A DNA stretch of 30,548 bases from a virus (taxonomy: Duplodnaviria; Caudoviricetes). Location: positions 1-30,548 of the IMG/VR virus record IMGVR_UViG_3300020043_002411, one strand, 5' to 3'. Made by a program: the position numbers and the translations under genes. The notes beneath the pieces were generated by a model. That model was not told where the DNA came from and made no database searches. It saw only the letters and a list, made by a program, of their open reading frames with translations. Of the stretch, positions 1 through 7,742 are shown in pieces. Position 1 is the stretch's first letter. Every line of letters starts with the position of its first letter.

Positions 1-2
1 CA

Positions 3-242
3 GCAACAGAACCTATATACTTCTATGCGCCTGACTTGTCGAGTTCAAAACCGCGATACAATAAATTCGAATTAGCTGAAGGAGTTGATGTAACTTTTGT
101 AATAGGTCAATACAGTTATAAAGTATATGAAAGTGCAACAGTTCCAAATCTTAGTTTGCCAAACCCAGTTGAGGGATTGCATGAAATTGAAGAGGGTCGA
201 ATGGTTGTCGATGGTGTCTTAACTAACTCTATTTACGAATGA
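3..242 (+). CDS. 5'-truncated hypothetical virion protein upstream of portal
   Basis: Frame is open from position 3 (ATEPIYFYAPDLSSSK...), so the TTG start at 36 is probably not the true start; stop overlaps portal ATG (ATGA). Confidence 0.65.
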   Translation, partial: ATEPIYFYAPDLSSSKPRYNKFELAEGVDVTFVIGQYSYKVYESATVPNLSLPNPVEGLHEIEEGRMVVDGVLTNSIYE

Positions 243-1534
243 AATTTTTAGGTTTTAACATTGGAAAAAGCGAAAGCGTGACAGTTGAAAGTAACAACTA
301 TCAATCGTTTTCAAGTCCATTTATGAAAGTAGGCGAGGGCAATTTGTCACTACCTTACGTTAATGCACGTCAACAGGTTAGCGGTTATATCCGTTTTGGT
401 GCTGATAACTTTTATCCGCAATTAATTAATCAACTTTATTACACGTCTCCTTTACATGGTGCGATAGTTGACTTTAAAACAAACGCTACAATTGGCGGGG
501 GTTATGAAATTAAGACGGATTCAAGTGTAACAGCAATTGAAAAAATGGAAGTTTACGCTTTTGAAAAGAAAGTAGACTTAGAACAGTTACTTGATAAGAT
601 AACAAAAGACGACATTTTACACAACCGTGTTTATTTTAGACTTGTATTTAACTCAAATAATGATTTAATTCGTGTTAAGCATATAGGAGCTGAGAAAGTT
701 AGAGCGTCAAAAGACAAATTAACATACTTTATTTGTGACGATTGGACAAGTCAAATTGACATTGAAACTATTTACCCATACGACCGTAAGGTTTACCAAA
801 GAGAGTGTATATATGTGTACGAAAAGAGTTGCGTAGGTCAAGACGTTTACCCTTTACCAAGTTATACAAGTGCATTTAATTGGGCTTTCTTAGATGGCGA
901 AATGTCATACTTGCAAAAGTCTAATATATTAAACGCTATCTTTCCGTCATTTGCTTTTATGTTTCCTAAAAAGCCACAAAGCGAAGAGGAAAAAGCAGGA
1001 TTAAGAAAAACAATTGAGAGCGGAAAAGGTGCAAGAAACGGCGGTAAAGTTTTAAGTTTCTTTGCTAATAATGCAGACCAACTTCCTAAGATTGAAGCGA
1101 TACCAACCAACAATAACGACAATCTATTTCAAGTAACAACTGAAAGCATCGACAGTAAGATATGTCAAGCGCATACAATCGACCCAATATTAATGGGTAT
1201 TCGTGTGAGTGGTAAACTTGGCTCAGGTTCTGACATCAAACAGTCAAACGTAATCTTTGAAAAAAACGTAATTTTCCCACAAAGACGAAAAGTTGAAAAG
1301 ATAGTAAACGACTTGTTCAAGATAGCAAGACTTAAAGCTGAATTTCACATAAATAACTTTCAAATCATTAACGATGTAATTACGGAACGTGACGAAAAAA
1401 CACAAGCAATTATAGATTCGTTAAATAGTTTACCTCAAGGACTTCAACAAACTGTATTAAACAAAATGACAGATGAGGAAATCCGTTCTTTAGTAGGTTT
1501 AAAAACAAGTGATAACACCGTAATAACTCAATAA
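239..1534 (+). CDS. Portal protein
   Basis: 431 aa; FGADNFYPQ...YYTSPLHGAIV, YPLPSY, NAIFPS and ICQAH-IDPILMGI...GKLG motifs resemble Bacteroidota phage portals; followed by an adaptor-like gene. Confidence 0.8.
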   Translation: MKFLGFNIGKSESVTVESNNYQSFSSPFMKVGEGNLSLPYVNARQQVSGYIRFGADNFYPQLINQLYYTSPLHGAIVDFKTNATIGGGYEIKTDSSVTAIEKMEVYAFEKKVDLEQLLDKITKDDILHNRVYFRLVFNSNNDLIRVKHIGAEKVRASKDKLTYFICDDWTSQIDIETIYPYDRKVYQRECIYVYEKSCVGQDVYPLPSYTSAFNWAFLDGEMSYLQKSNILNAIFPSFAFMFPKKPQSEEEKAGLRKTIESGKGARNGGKVLSFFANNADQLPKIEAIPTNNNDNLFQVTTESIDSKICQAHTIDPILMGIRVSGKLGSGSDIKQSNVIFEKNVIFPQRRKVEKIVNDLFKIARLKAEFHINNFQIINDVITERDEKTQAIIDSLNSLPQGLQQTVLNKMTDEEIRSLVGLKTSDNTVITQ

Positions 1535-2043
1535 TGAATTACTTTATAACTGAAGCGTATTTAAAAAATCAAACACCGATAACTGCAAATGTCGATGTTA
1601 AAGACGTTACACCTTACATTAGAACTCAGTCGGATTTAAGAGTACAGCCTATTTTAGGCACTTACTTTTACAAATATTTGTTAGCTAAGTACAACGCTGA
1701 GACTTTAACGACAGATGAGGAAACACTTGTCGAATATATTAAGCCAATTGTAGCGTGGAGAAGTGCTGAAGATGCTGTTTTTGGATTGTCTTACCAACTT
1801 AAAAATAAAGGTTTACAAGTTCAAAACGGGGACTATTCTAATTCAGTAACACAAAACGAGGTAGCTTTTGCTCAAGACCACTACGCACAAAAAGCGTCAT
1901 TTTACGAGGTACGTTTGATTAACTATTTACGTGCTTACAAAGATTTGTATCCACAGTTTACAAGTCACTTGAATACAGATAGCGACATCAAACCACTAAA
2001 GACACAGGAGAACGGATTTAACGATAGTATTTTGTTTATATGA
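1534..2043 (+). CDS. Probable head-tail adaptor/connector
   Basis: 169 aa helical protein directly after portal; FITEAYLK..TPI..NVD...Q...QPILGT pattern. Confidence 0.55.
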   Translation: MNYFITEAYLKNQTPITANVDVKDVTPYIRTQSDLRVQPILGTYFYKYLLAKYNAETLTTDEETLVEYIKPIVAWRSAEDAVFGLSYQLKNKGLQVQNGDYSNSVTQNEVAFAQDHYAQKASFYEVRLINYLRAYKDLYPQFTSHLNTDSDIKPLKTQENGFNDSILFI

Positions 2044-2471
2044 AGTCTTTTATTGCCACTTATTATACGTACTTTTTACAAGCGTTGTTTGTGTTTTTCG
2101 CACCGATTAAAGGTATTATAATACTCGTTGCTTTATCTACTGTTTTAGATACGTGCTTCGGGGTTTGGAAAGCTAAACAACTGAGACAAGGTGTTACATC
2201 GAAAAACTTTAGACATGGTTTTATACCTAAGATACTAAGTTATGTTACCGCTACTATGTTGGTTTATGCTTCGGACTTTTTTATCATTAACGAACTTACA
2301 AAATCGGTAGTATCAGTTGAGTTTTTATTTACAAAGTTAATTGCACTTGTATTAATATCGATTGAGGTTAAGTCTATGGACGAATCATTCGAGAAAGTAA
2401 AAGGATATTCATTCATCAACAAAGCAGTTGATTTAATTATCAAAGCTAAGAACATAAAAAAAGAACTATGA
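2040..2471 (+). CDS. Holin
   Basis: 143 aa with ~3 hydrophobic segments, D..GVWKA and IE..S.DE motifs, basic C-terminus; first gene of lysis cluster. Confidence 0.7.
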   Translation: MKSFIATYYTYFLQALFVFFAPIKGIIILVALSTVLDTCFGVWKAKQLRQGVTSKNFRHGFIPKILSYVTATMLVYASDFFIINELTKSVVSVEFLFTKLIALVLISIEVKSMDESFEKVKGYSFINKAVDLIIKAKNIKKEL

Positions 2472-2977
2472 CAACAAAAGGAAACTTCCCGCACTTAGAC
2501 GTTGCTAAATTTATTTTATTTGTTATAGCTTCAGCGATAGTTTGGGGGTTTCTATTTAGTTGCTCAGCTTCATACCACTTACGTAAATACGAAAAGAAAG
2601 GTGGTAAAATAGAACACGTTACCGACACATTAACTTACTATCAAAAAGATTCGGTTTTAATCCGAACTAAAGACACTACTTATTTCCAGTACTATTATAC
2701 CCAAAAAGATACAATAGTAAAACAAAACGTATTTTTATACCCGAAAACACGCTTTAATCAAAGACTTGAAATAAGACGATTTAAGGATAGTTTAAAGTTC
2801 GAGTTAAAGAAATATACTGATTCGCTACAATATGCCTTTAAAACGCATAAAATCAATGTAAAAACTGATTCTAAGGTTAAGATAAAAGAAACACGAAGTA
2901 AAAATAATCGTTTTGCGTTCCCTATTATTATAGTATTCTTACTGATTATAATCTTTTTGGCTTTTCTATTCAAATAA
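2468..2977 (+). CDS. Putative unimolecular spanin (lipoprotein with C-terminal TM helix)
   Basis: N-terminal hydrophobic stretch ending in lipobox-like LFS-C; C-terminal TM (FAFPIIIVFLLIIIFLAFLF); adjacent to holin. Confidence 0.6.
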   Translation: MTTKGNFPHLDVAKFILFVIASAIVWGFLFSCSASYHLRKYEKKGGKIEHVTDTLTYYQKDSVLIRTKDTTYFQYYYTQKDTIVKQNVFLYPKTRFNQRLEIRRFKDSLKFELKKYTDSLQYAFKTHKINVKTDSKVKIKETRSKNNRFAFPIIIVFLLIIIFLAFLFK

Positions 2978-3007
2978 AAAGCGTATCTTTCACGCAAAAA
3001 TTAACGT

Positions 3008-3889
3008 ATGCAAGTTGTAAAACACTCAAAAAATGTTCACGATATAATCTTGGATAGCAAAAATGTAGAAATTGCAATGCTCTCAGATATTCACTGGGAC
3101 AATCCAAAATGTGACTGGGACATTTTAAAAAGACACTTAGACTATTGCAAAGAAAAGAATATGCCTATAATGATTAATGGGGATATGTTTTGTTTAATGC
3201 AAGGTCGTGGAGACCGTAGAGCGAGTAAGTCAGATATTAGACCAGAACACAACAACTCAAAGTATTTAGATTCAATAGTTGAAACTGCGGTAGAATGGTG
3301 GGCACCTTATGCACATTTGTTAACTGTAATTGGTTACGGTAATCATGAGACTGCTATTATAAAATGGCAGGAAACCGATATTTTGCAACGCTTTGTGGAC
3401 TTACTTAACTACAAATGTAATTCAAACGTACATACAGGCGGTTATGGTGGCTGGATTAATATAAGATTAAAAGGAGACAGTTCAACGGGTGCAGGAAATT
3501 CTGTAAAAGTAAAGTATTTTCATGGCTCAGGCGGTGGCGGTGTTGTAACAAAGGGAGCGATTAACCTTACAAGAGCCTTAGAATTATACGAAGGATTCGA
3601 TGTGTTTACAATGGGACACATTCACGAAAACAGTTCACGTAATGATGTAAGAGATACTATTAGACAATCAGGCTCAAAAATGATTATAGACCATAAGCAA
3701 CTACATTTAATGCTAACAGGAGCGTACAAAGAGGAGTACGGAGACGGAGATAAAGGTTGGCACGTTGAAAGAGGCGCACCAATTAAACCAATTGGGGGTC
3801 GTATCTTAACAATTGATATTGTTACACGAATGAAAGACGGTGACCGTAAGGTTTATAAATACATTGATTCTAAAAAATTCAACTTATGA
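3008..3889 (+). CDS. Calcineurin-like metallophosphoesterase
   Basis: Canonical motifs DIH, NGD, GNHE, HG, GHIH in the expected order. Confidence 0.8.
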   Translation: MQVVKHSKNVHDIILDSKNVEIAMLSDIHWDNPKCDWDILKRHLDYCKEKNMPIMINGDMFCLMQGRGDRRASKSDIRPEHNNSKYLDSIVETAVEWWAPYAHLLTVIGYGNHETAIIKWQETDILQRFVDLLNYKCNSNVHTGGYGGWINIRLKGDSSTGAGNSVKVKYFHGSGGGGVVTKGAINLTRALELYEGFDVFTMGHIHENSSRNDVRDTIRQSGSKMIIDHKQLHLMLTGAYKEEYGDGDKGWHVERGAPIKPIGGRILTIDIVTRMKDGDRKVYKYIDSKKFNL

Positions 3890-4083
3890 AAGCACAGTTC
3901 AACTTTGACTTAAACAACGAGGAAGAGCGTATTGAGTTTATACGTTGCTCACAATCTTCAGAGTTAACACTTGTACTATTTAAAATGCGTGAGTTGATTA
4001 TAAGAAACGATGTAATTACAAATGAAGAGTTTGTCGAAATATTAGACCAATACAATATTAACATTGATAACATATTAATATGA
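3886..4083 (+). CDS. Hypothetical protein
   Basis: 65 aa, ATGA-coupled on both sides. Confidence 0.6.
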   Translation: MKAQFNFDLNNEEERIEFIRCSQSSELTLVLFKMRELIIRNDVITNEEFVEILDQYNINIDNILI

Positions 4084-4526
4084 ACCTATCAAAACACGTA
4101 ACAGTTGAAGAGTTTTGCTTTTCACCTACTGCAATAAGAGCAGGAATTAAAAACGTAATGAGCCTGGAGCAATTAGATAATGCTGAGTTACTTTGCGAGA
4201 AAGTATTCGAACCATTAAGAGCGCACGTAGGTAAACCTATTAAGATTAATTCAGGCTTTAGAAGTCCGTCTTTGAATAGGGCTATCGGTGGCTCAAGTTC
4301 ATCACAACATTGTAAAGGACAAGCGATGGACTTAGAATTACATGATAAAGAGTTGTTTGATTGGATAATTGACAACCTTGAATTTGACCAAGCCATTGCT
4401 GAGTTTGGAACTGACACACATTTCGCATGGTTTCATATAAGCTACACACGTACAAAGAATAGAAAGGAAGTATTAAGAGCAACAAAAAAAGCAGGTAAAA
4501 CCGTTTATTCTAAATATATTCGTTAA
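4080..4526 (+). CDS. Endolysin, peptidase M15A-type Zn peptidase
   Basis: INSGFRS..LN..IGG...SQH..GQA.D and W.HISY motifs. Confidence 0.85.
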   Translation: MNLSKHVTVEEFCFSPTAIRAGIKNVMSLEQLDNAELLCEKVFEPLRAHVGKPIKINSGFRSPSLNRAIGGSSSSQHCKGQAMDLELHDKELFDWIIDNLEFDQAIAEFGTDTHFAWFHISYTRTKNRKEVLRATKKAGKTVYSKYIR

Positions 4527-4531
4527 CTTTG
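4524..4531 (+). promoter_or_regulatory. Possible Bacteroidota -7 element overlapping endolysin stop
   Basis: TAACTTTG fits TAnnTTTG; no clear -33 TTTG. Confidence 0.4.
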
Positions 4532-4532
4532 A

Positions 4533-4596
4533 GGCACTAATTTCATCGTTAGTTTGTTTGTAAAGACCGTTATTTTAATTAATAGCGGTTTTTTTT
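4533..4596 (+). ncRNA. Candidate small RNA antisense to early-gene start codons
   Basis: Hairpin ACTAA-TTTCATCG-TTAGT followed by terminator; 4541-4551 is complementary to (T)AACGATGAA(A) at the starts 4736, 5760, 10467 and 12241. Confidence 0.55.
4562..4596 (+). terminator. Rho-independent terminator ending lysis/late unit
   Basis: AAAGACCGTTATT/AATAGCGGTTTTT stem followed by T-run. Confidence 0.8.
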
Positions 4597-4682
4597 ATTA
4601 AAAAAGTTTCGTTCTGAAACCCTTTAAAATCAATACTTTCAAAAATAAATTAAAAATAATTGTAAATAAATTGTAAATAAGT

Positions 4683-4713
4683 TTTGTCGTATTAAATTTA
4701 ATACATATATTTG
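4683..4713 (+). promoter_or_regulatory. Early promoter, Bacteroidota primary-sigma type
   Basis: TTTG (4683-4686) - 19 nt - TATATTTG (4706-4713); spacer contains perfect palindrome GTATTAAATTTAATAC. Confidence 0.8.
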
Positions 4714-4735
4714 CATATATCAAAAACGAAAAACG

Positions 4736-4816
4736 ATGAAAAAAGAAACAATTGAAAATTTAGTAGTAGCGTTGATAGCATTATCAGCATTCATTTTAAG
4801 CGGTTTATACAGATGA
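4736..4816 (+). CDS. 26-aa single-TM peptide, first early gene
   Basis: MKKETIENLVVALIALSAFILSGLYR*, just after promoter, ATGA-coupled to 4813; below ORF-track cutoff. Confidence 0.6.
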   Translation: MKKETIENLVVALIALSAFILSGLYR

Positions 4817-5031
4817 GACAGTTACACGAAAGAGCAATTGCGTTACTCGATATGATTAGCGCATTTGAAAGCAAGAAACGAAATGCTTGTGAGTTTTATA
4901 ACAAGTGGGAAAACAGACACTTTACCCAAGTATTACAAGATTGTGCAAATGATATTGATGTTTACGAAAGAGCAATCAAAAGACTGAAAGCAAGTTATAT
5001 TAAACTAATTAAAGAAATAGCTGAGATATGA
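4813..5031 (+). CDS. Hypothetical protein
   Basis: 72 aa, ATGA-coupled both sides. Confidence 0.65.
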   Translation: MRQLHERAIALLDMISAFESKKRNACEFYNKWENRHFTQVLQDCANDIDVYERAIKRLKASYIKLIKEIAEI

Positions 5032-5225
5032 CACCAAAAGAAAAAGCAAAAGATTTAATGAAATCATATGATTTCGTATATATTCCAAATTATACATCTA
5101 CACATGATGTTAAGGATTGTGCATTAATTGCAGTTGATGAGATGTATAACATAGCTTCAGAAAATAATAACGTACAACAAATGAATTATTTAGTAGATGT
5201 TAAACAAGAAATTGAAAAGTTATGA
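5028..5225 (+). CDS. Small protein, MTPKEKA...CALIAVDE...KQEIEKL paralog family
   Basis: Shares blocks with ORFs at 10757, 14278 and 5960. Confidence 0.75.
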   Translation: MTPKEKAKDLMKSYDFVYIPNYTSTHDVKDCALIAVDEMYNIASENNNVQQMNYLVDVKQEIEKL

Positions 5226-5389
5226 AAGATATTGAGTGCGAAACTTGCGAGGGTACAGGAACACTTGAAAGAATGAATTGCAGAAACGGTAGTAATGAGT
5301 GTTGTGGCGGTTGTTACATCGAAGTAACTTGCGAAGATTGTTTGGGTTATGGATTTAAAGAAATAGAAGATTATGAAGAAGAAGATTAA
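5222..5389 (+). CDS. 55-aa Cys-rich protein with two CxxCxGxG motifs (DnaJ-type Zn-finger-like)
   Basis: MKDIECETCEGTG...CCGGC...CEDCLGYG...EEED*; ATGA-coupled to upstream gene; below ORF-track cutoff. Confidence 0.65.
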   Translation: MKDIECETCEGTGTLERMNCRNGSNECCGGCYIEVTCEDCLGYGFKEIEDYEEED

Positions 5390-5570
5390 CGACAAATATT
5401 TAAACCGTCTTTTATTCGTTTTAACGGTGTTTATTATACTATTTAATACAATGATACCAAAACGAAAAGTAAAGTAATTAGAAACGCTTAAAATAAGCAA
5501 AGAGGATATTCAGTTGAACAACGGAATACAACAAGGAAAACACGAACCTTTTAATTACGAAATAAAATGA
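5373..5570 (+). pseudogene. Small membrane-protein ORF interrupted by in-frame TAA at 5475-5477
   Basis: MKKKINDKYLNRLLFVLTVFIILFNTMIPKRKVK*LETLKISK...FNYEIK*; the read-through frame ends in an ATGA overlap with 5567. Confidence 0.5.
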
Positions 5571-5749
5571 AACAAACAGCAGTAGAGTTTATAGAAGATT
5601 ATTTAAAATTCAAAGGAATTATAATTGATGACAAAACAACACCTCAAGTTTTAGTAGGAATAATTAACCAAGCCAAAGAAATGGAAAAAGAGCAAAAACA
5701 TTCTGAGTACATGAGAGGGTGGTACGATGGAGTAGATGTAACTAAATAA
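5567..5749 (+). CDS. Hypothetical protein (MKQTAVE...QAKEMEKEQ type)
   Basis: 60 aa ORF in early cluster. Confidence 0.65.
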   Translation: MKQTAVEFIEDYLKFKGIIIDDKTTPQVLVGIINQAKEMEKEQKHSEYMRGWYDGVDVTK

Positions 5750-5759
5750 AGACGAAACG

Positions 5760-5963
5760 ATGAAACGACAAACAGCAAAAGCAAACATTCAAAGCATGGC
5801 GAACTGGTGGCGAGAACCAAAAAAAATAAGTTGCGCTAAAGACAAAGGCGGTTCTTTTAATATGCAACTTTACTTGGATTATTTAACAGTAATTAATAAC
5901 CTTAAACACAATACTATAACAATTGAACAACATAAAAGTATAACTAAACAACAAGAAATATGA
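5760..5963 (+). CDS. Hypothetical protein
   Basis: 67 aa; start context AACGATGAAA. Confidence 0.65.
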   Translation: MKRQTAKANIQSMANWWREPKKISCAKDKGGSFNMQLYLDYLTVINNLKHNTITIEQHKSITKQQEI

Positions 5964-6199
5964 AACTGACACCATTAGAAAAAGCAGAACAATTAATTGA
6001 TAACGTAGGGGTATTGATTGCGTTATTTATTGTTAATGAAATTATTGATGCTTTAGAAACATACGATAATTTTACAGAACAATATTTAAAAGATGAATTT
6101 GGTATTGAATATTTTTCATCCGAATTGCAAAACATGGATTCTGATTTTAGATATTGGAATAAAGTGAAACAAGAAATACTTAAACAACAAGAACAATGA
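5960..6199 (+). CDS. Divergent member of the MTPKEKA family
   Basis: LTPLEKAEQL...IALFIVNEII...RYWNKVKQEI. Confidence 0.7.
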   Translation: MKLTPLEKAEQLIDNVGVLIALFIVNEIIDALETYDNFTEQYLKDEFGIEYFSSELQNMDSDFRYWNKVKQEILKQQEQ

Positions 6200-6429
6200 C
6201 AAGAAATAAAATAAAATTTATAGGAGATGGTGATGATTGGATTAAAGGTGTTCATTTTGTTGGGGTTATAAATGACTATACTTTATGTGGTTTAACAATG
6301 GATGGAGATATAAAAGCAGCAGGTTCATTTCATTCAACCGAAGAAAAAGTAGATTGTTGTAATTGTATTTCAATTATTGAATTTTCTAAAAAAATTAAAC
6401 ATAGTGAATGGATTCAAAAAACAAACTAA
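6196..6429 (+). CDS. Hypothetical Cys/His-containing protein
   Basis: 77 aa; VH...TLCG...CCNC possible metal site; flanked by exact 19-bp repeats. Confidence 0.65.
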   Translation: MTRNKIKFIGDGDDWIKGVHFVGVINDYTLCGLTMDGDIKAAGSFHSTEEKVDCCNCISIIEFSKKIKHSEWIQKTN

Positions 6430-6441
6430 ACAACAAGAACA

Positions 6442-6621
6442 ATGAAACAAGAAACAGATTTTAGTCGTAGTTTGTTTGATTTTGCTGAAAACTACGTTAA
6501 GACAAATAATGAATTTCATAAGGAACGTAAAGAGATAAAAAAAATGATTGATAATGGATATCAATTACAATTAGTTCATTTGCGAAAAGGTAGTCAAATA
6601 ATGTGGTGTAAAAAAAAATAA
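6442..6621 (+). CDS. Hypothetical protein (59 aa)
   Basis: MKQETDFSRSLFDFAENY...MWCKKK*; ATG lies in junction repeat; below ORF-track cutoff. Confidence 0.55.
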   Translation: MKQETDFSRSLFDFAENYVKTNNEFHKERKEIKKMIDNGYQLQLVHLRKGSQIMWCKKK

Positions 6622-6633
6622 ATACAAATAAAA

Positions 6634-6996
6634 ATGAAAACAAATGAAGAAATTATAAAAGAATTGTATTGTAACGTATTGTTAAAATCAATGTCTGGAG
6701 CAAGTGTTGAAATTGCTATTAAAGACGCTGAATTAGCAGTAACAGCGTTTAGCAATCAATTTGAACCAGTTGATGTTTTTAAACCAATAGATGATTCAAT
6801 CATTAAAATATATAATCCTGAACAAGAAATGAATATTTTGAACTCACTCGTTAAAATGAGAAAATTTAGATTTAAAGGATGTAGTCAAAGTTATTCAGAA
6901 ACAAAAATACCATCAATTGATTTAGGGGGTTTTCCTTATTGGTTAATAATTAACATTGAAGGAACTCTTCAAATAGAAACTAAAAACCCAAACTAA
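6634..6996 (+). CDS. Hypothetical protein
   Basis: 120 aa ORF with A-rich start context. Confidence 0.6.
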   Translation: MKTNEEIIKELYCNVLLKSMSGASVEIAIKDAELAVTAFSNQFEPVDVFKPIDDSIIKIYNPEQEMNILNSLVKMRKFRFKGCSQSYSETKIPSIDLGGFPYWLIINIEGTLQIETKNPN

Positions 6997-7008
6997 ACAA
7001 AAATAACA

Positions 7009-7140
7009 ATGAAAAATATACATGTATTGCCAAACATTCCACAAGAAGAACTTAAACAAGAGCTTCATATCTGTAAGTATTGCGGTGTTGAAACTACTCA
7101 ATCTGATGATGAATGTTATGCTAAGACTAAACAACAATAA
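7009..7140 (+). CDS. Hypothetical 43-aa protein with CxxC
   Basis: MKNIHVLPNIPQEELKQELHICKYCGVETTQSDDECYAKTKQQ*; lies between two junction repeats. Confidence 0.55.
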   Translation: MKNIHVLPNIPQEELKQELHICKYCGVETTQSDDECYAKTKQQ

Positions 7141-7141
7141 G

Positions 7142-7480
7142 ATGAAACAAACAAGTCAAGAGCAAATAAATGAATTAAGTAAAATCATTGATGCGACACC
7201 AAAGAAAATAAAATACCCACCTAAACAACCAAATAAAGAGGAAATCGAAAAGCTATTAACATTGGTCGGAGTGCTTCCTGTTTTAGCTGATTTCATGGAG
7301 GATTTGAATAGCTCCGTGTTTACGCAGTCACTTAAAAACAAATGTAACTTGCTAATCAAAGAAATACGACAAAAAGACGAACTATTAATGCGAGGCACTG
7401 ACTTAAGTATAATCGAGCAACAACACAACATAGGACTTGCATTTAGACAATGGCACAAACAAAACTTTAAAAACGATTAA
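7142..7480 (+). CDS. Hypothetical protein
   Basis: Start revised from 7022 to ATG 7142 (MKQTSQEQ), inside a junction repeat and right after the 7140 stop. Confidence 0.6.
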   Translation: MKQTSQEQINELSKIIDATPKKIKYPPKQPNKEEIEKLLTLVGVLPVLADFMEDLNSSVFTQSLKNKCNLLIKEIRQKDELLMRGTDLSIIEQQHNIGLAFRQWHKQNFKND

Positions 7481-7481
7481 T

Positions 7482-7730
7482 ATGAGTACAACATTTGGAA
7501 TATTAAATACACAAGTCGAACATGATAAGTTAGTAGATAAAGATGGTGATTTATTAGGCTATATATCTAAAGAAATATTTGAACCTGTATTTTTTAGAGG
7601 AAATAACAGTAGATGGTTAATGATGTATGCTGAATATTTATCTGACGACCTTAAAGTTTATGCTTTAGATAATACACAGCAAGGCATTTATACAATAGGT
7701 GATTGCAAAAAATTATTAACAAACATTTAA
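7482..7730 (+). CDS. Hypothetical protein
   Basis: Start revised to ATG 7482 (MSTTFGILN), 1 nt after upstream stop. Confidence 0.6.
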   Translation: MSTTFGILNTQVEHDKLVDKDGDLLGYISKEIFEPVFFRGNNSRWLMMYAEYLSDDLKVYALDNTQQGIYTIGDCKKLLTNI

Positions 7731-7742
7731 AAACACGAACAA

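Larger units (their letters stand above)
5945..7145 (+). repeat. Five copies of ~19-bp ORF-junction repeat TAAACAACAAGAACAATGA
   Basis: Exact copies 6181-6199 and 6427-6445; variants 5945-5963, 6994-7012, 7128-7145; each contains the next ORF's ATG. Confidence 0.75.

Noticed and set aside
2981-2995. GCGTATCTTTCACGC as promoter or hairpin before the phosphoesterase
   Set aside because: TATCTTTC deviates from TAnnTTTG, the nearest TTTG is 24 nt away, and the stem is only 4 bp
7022-7141. N-terminal extension of ORF 7022..7480
   Set aside because: Overlaps a better ORF 7009..7140; ATG 7142 sits in a junction repeat
5945-7145. CRISPR array interpretation of the junction repeats
   Set aside because: Spacing is about 130-570 bp and irregular, intervals are ORFs, and no cas genes are present
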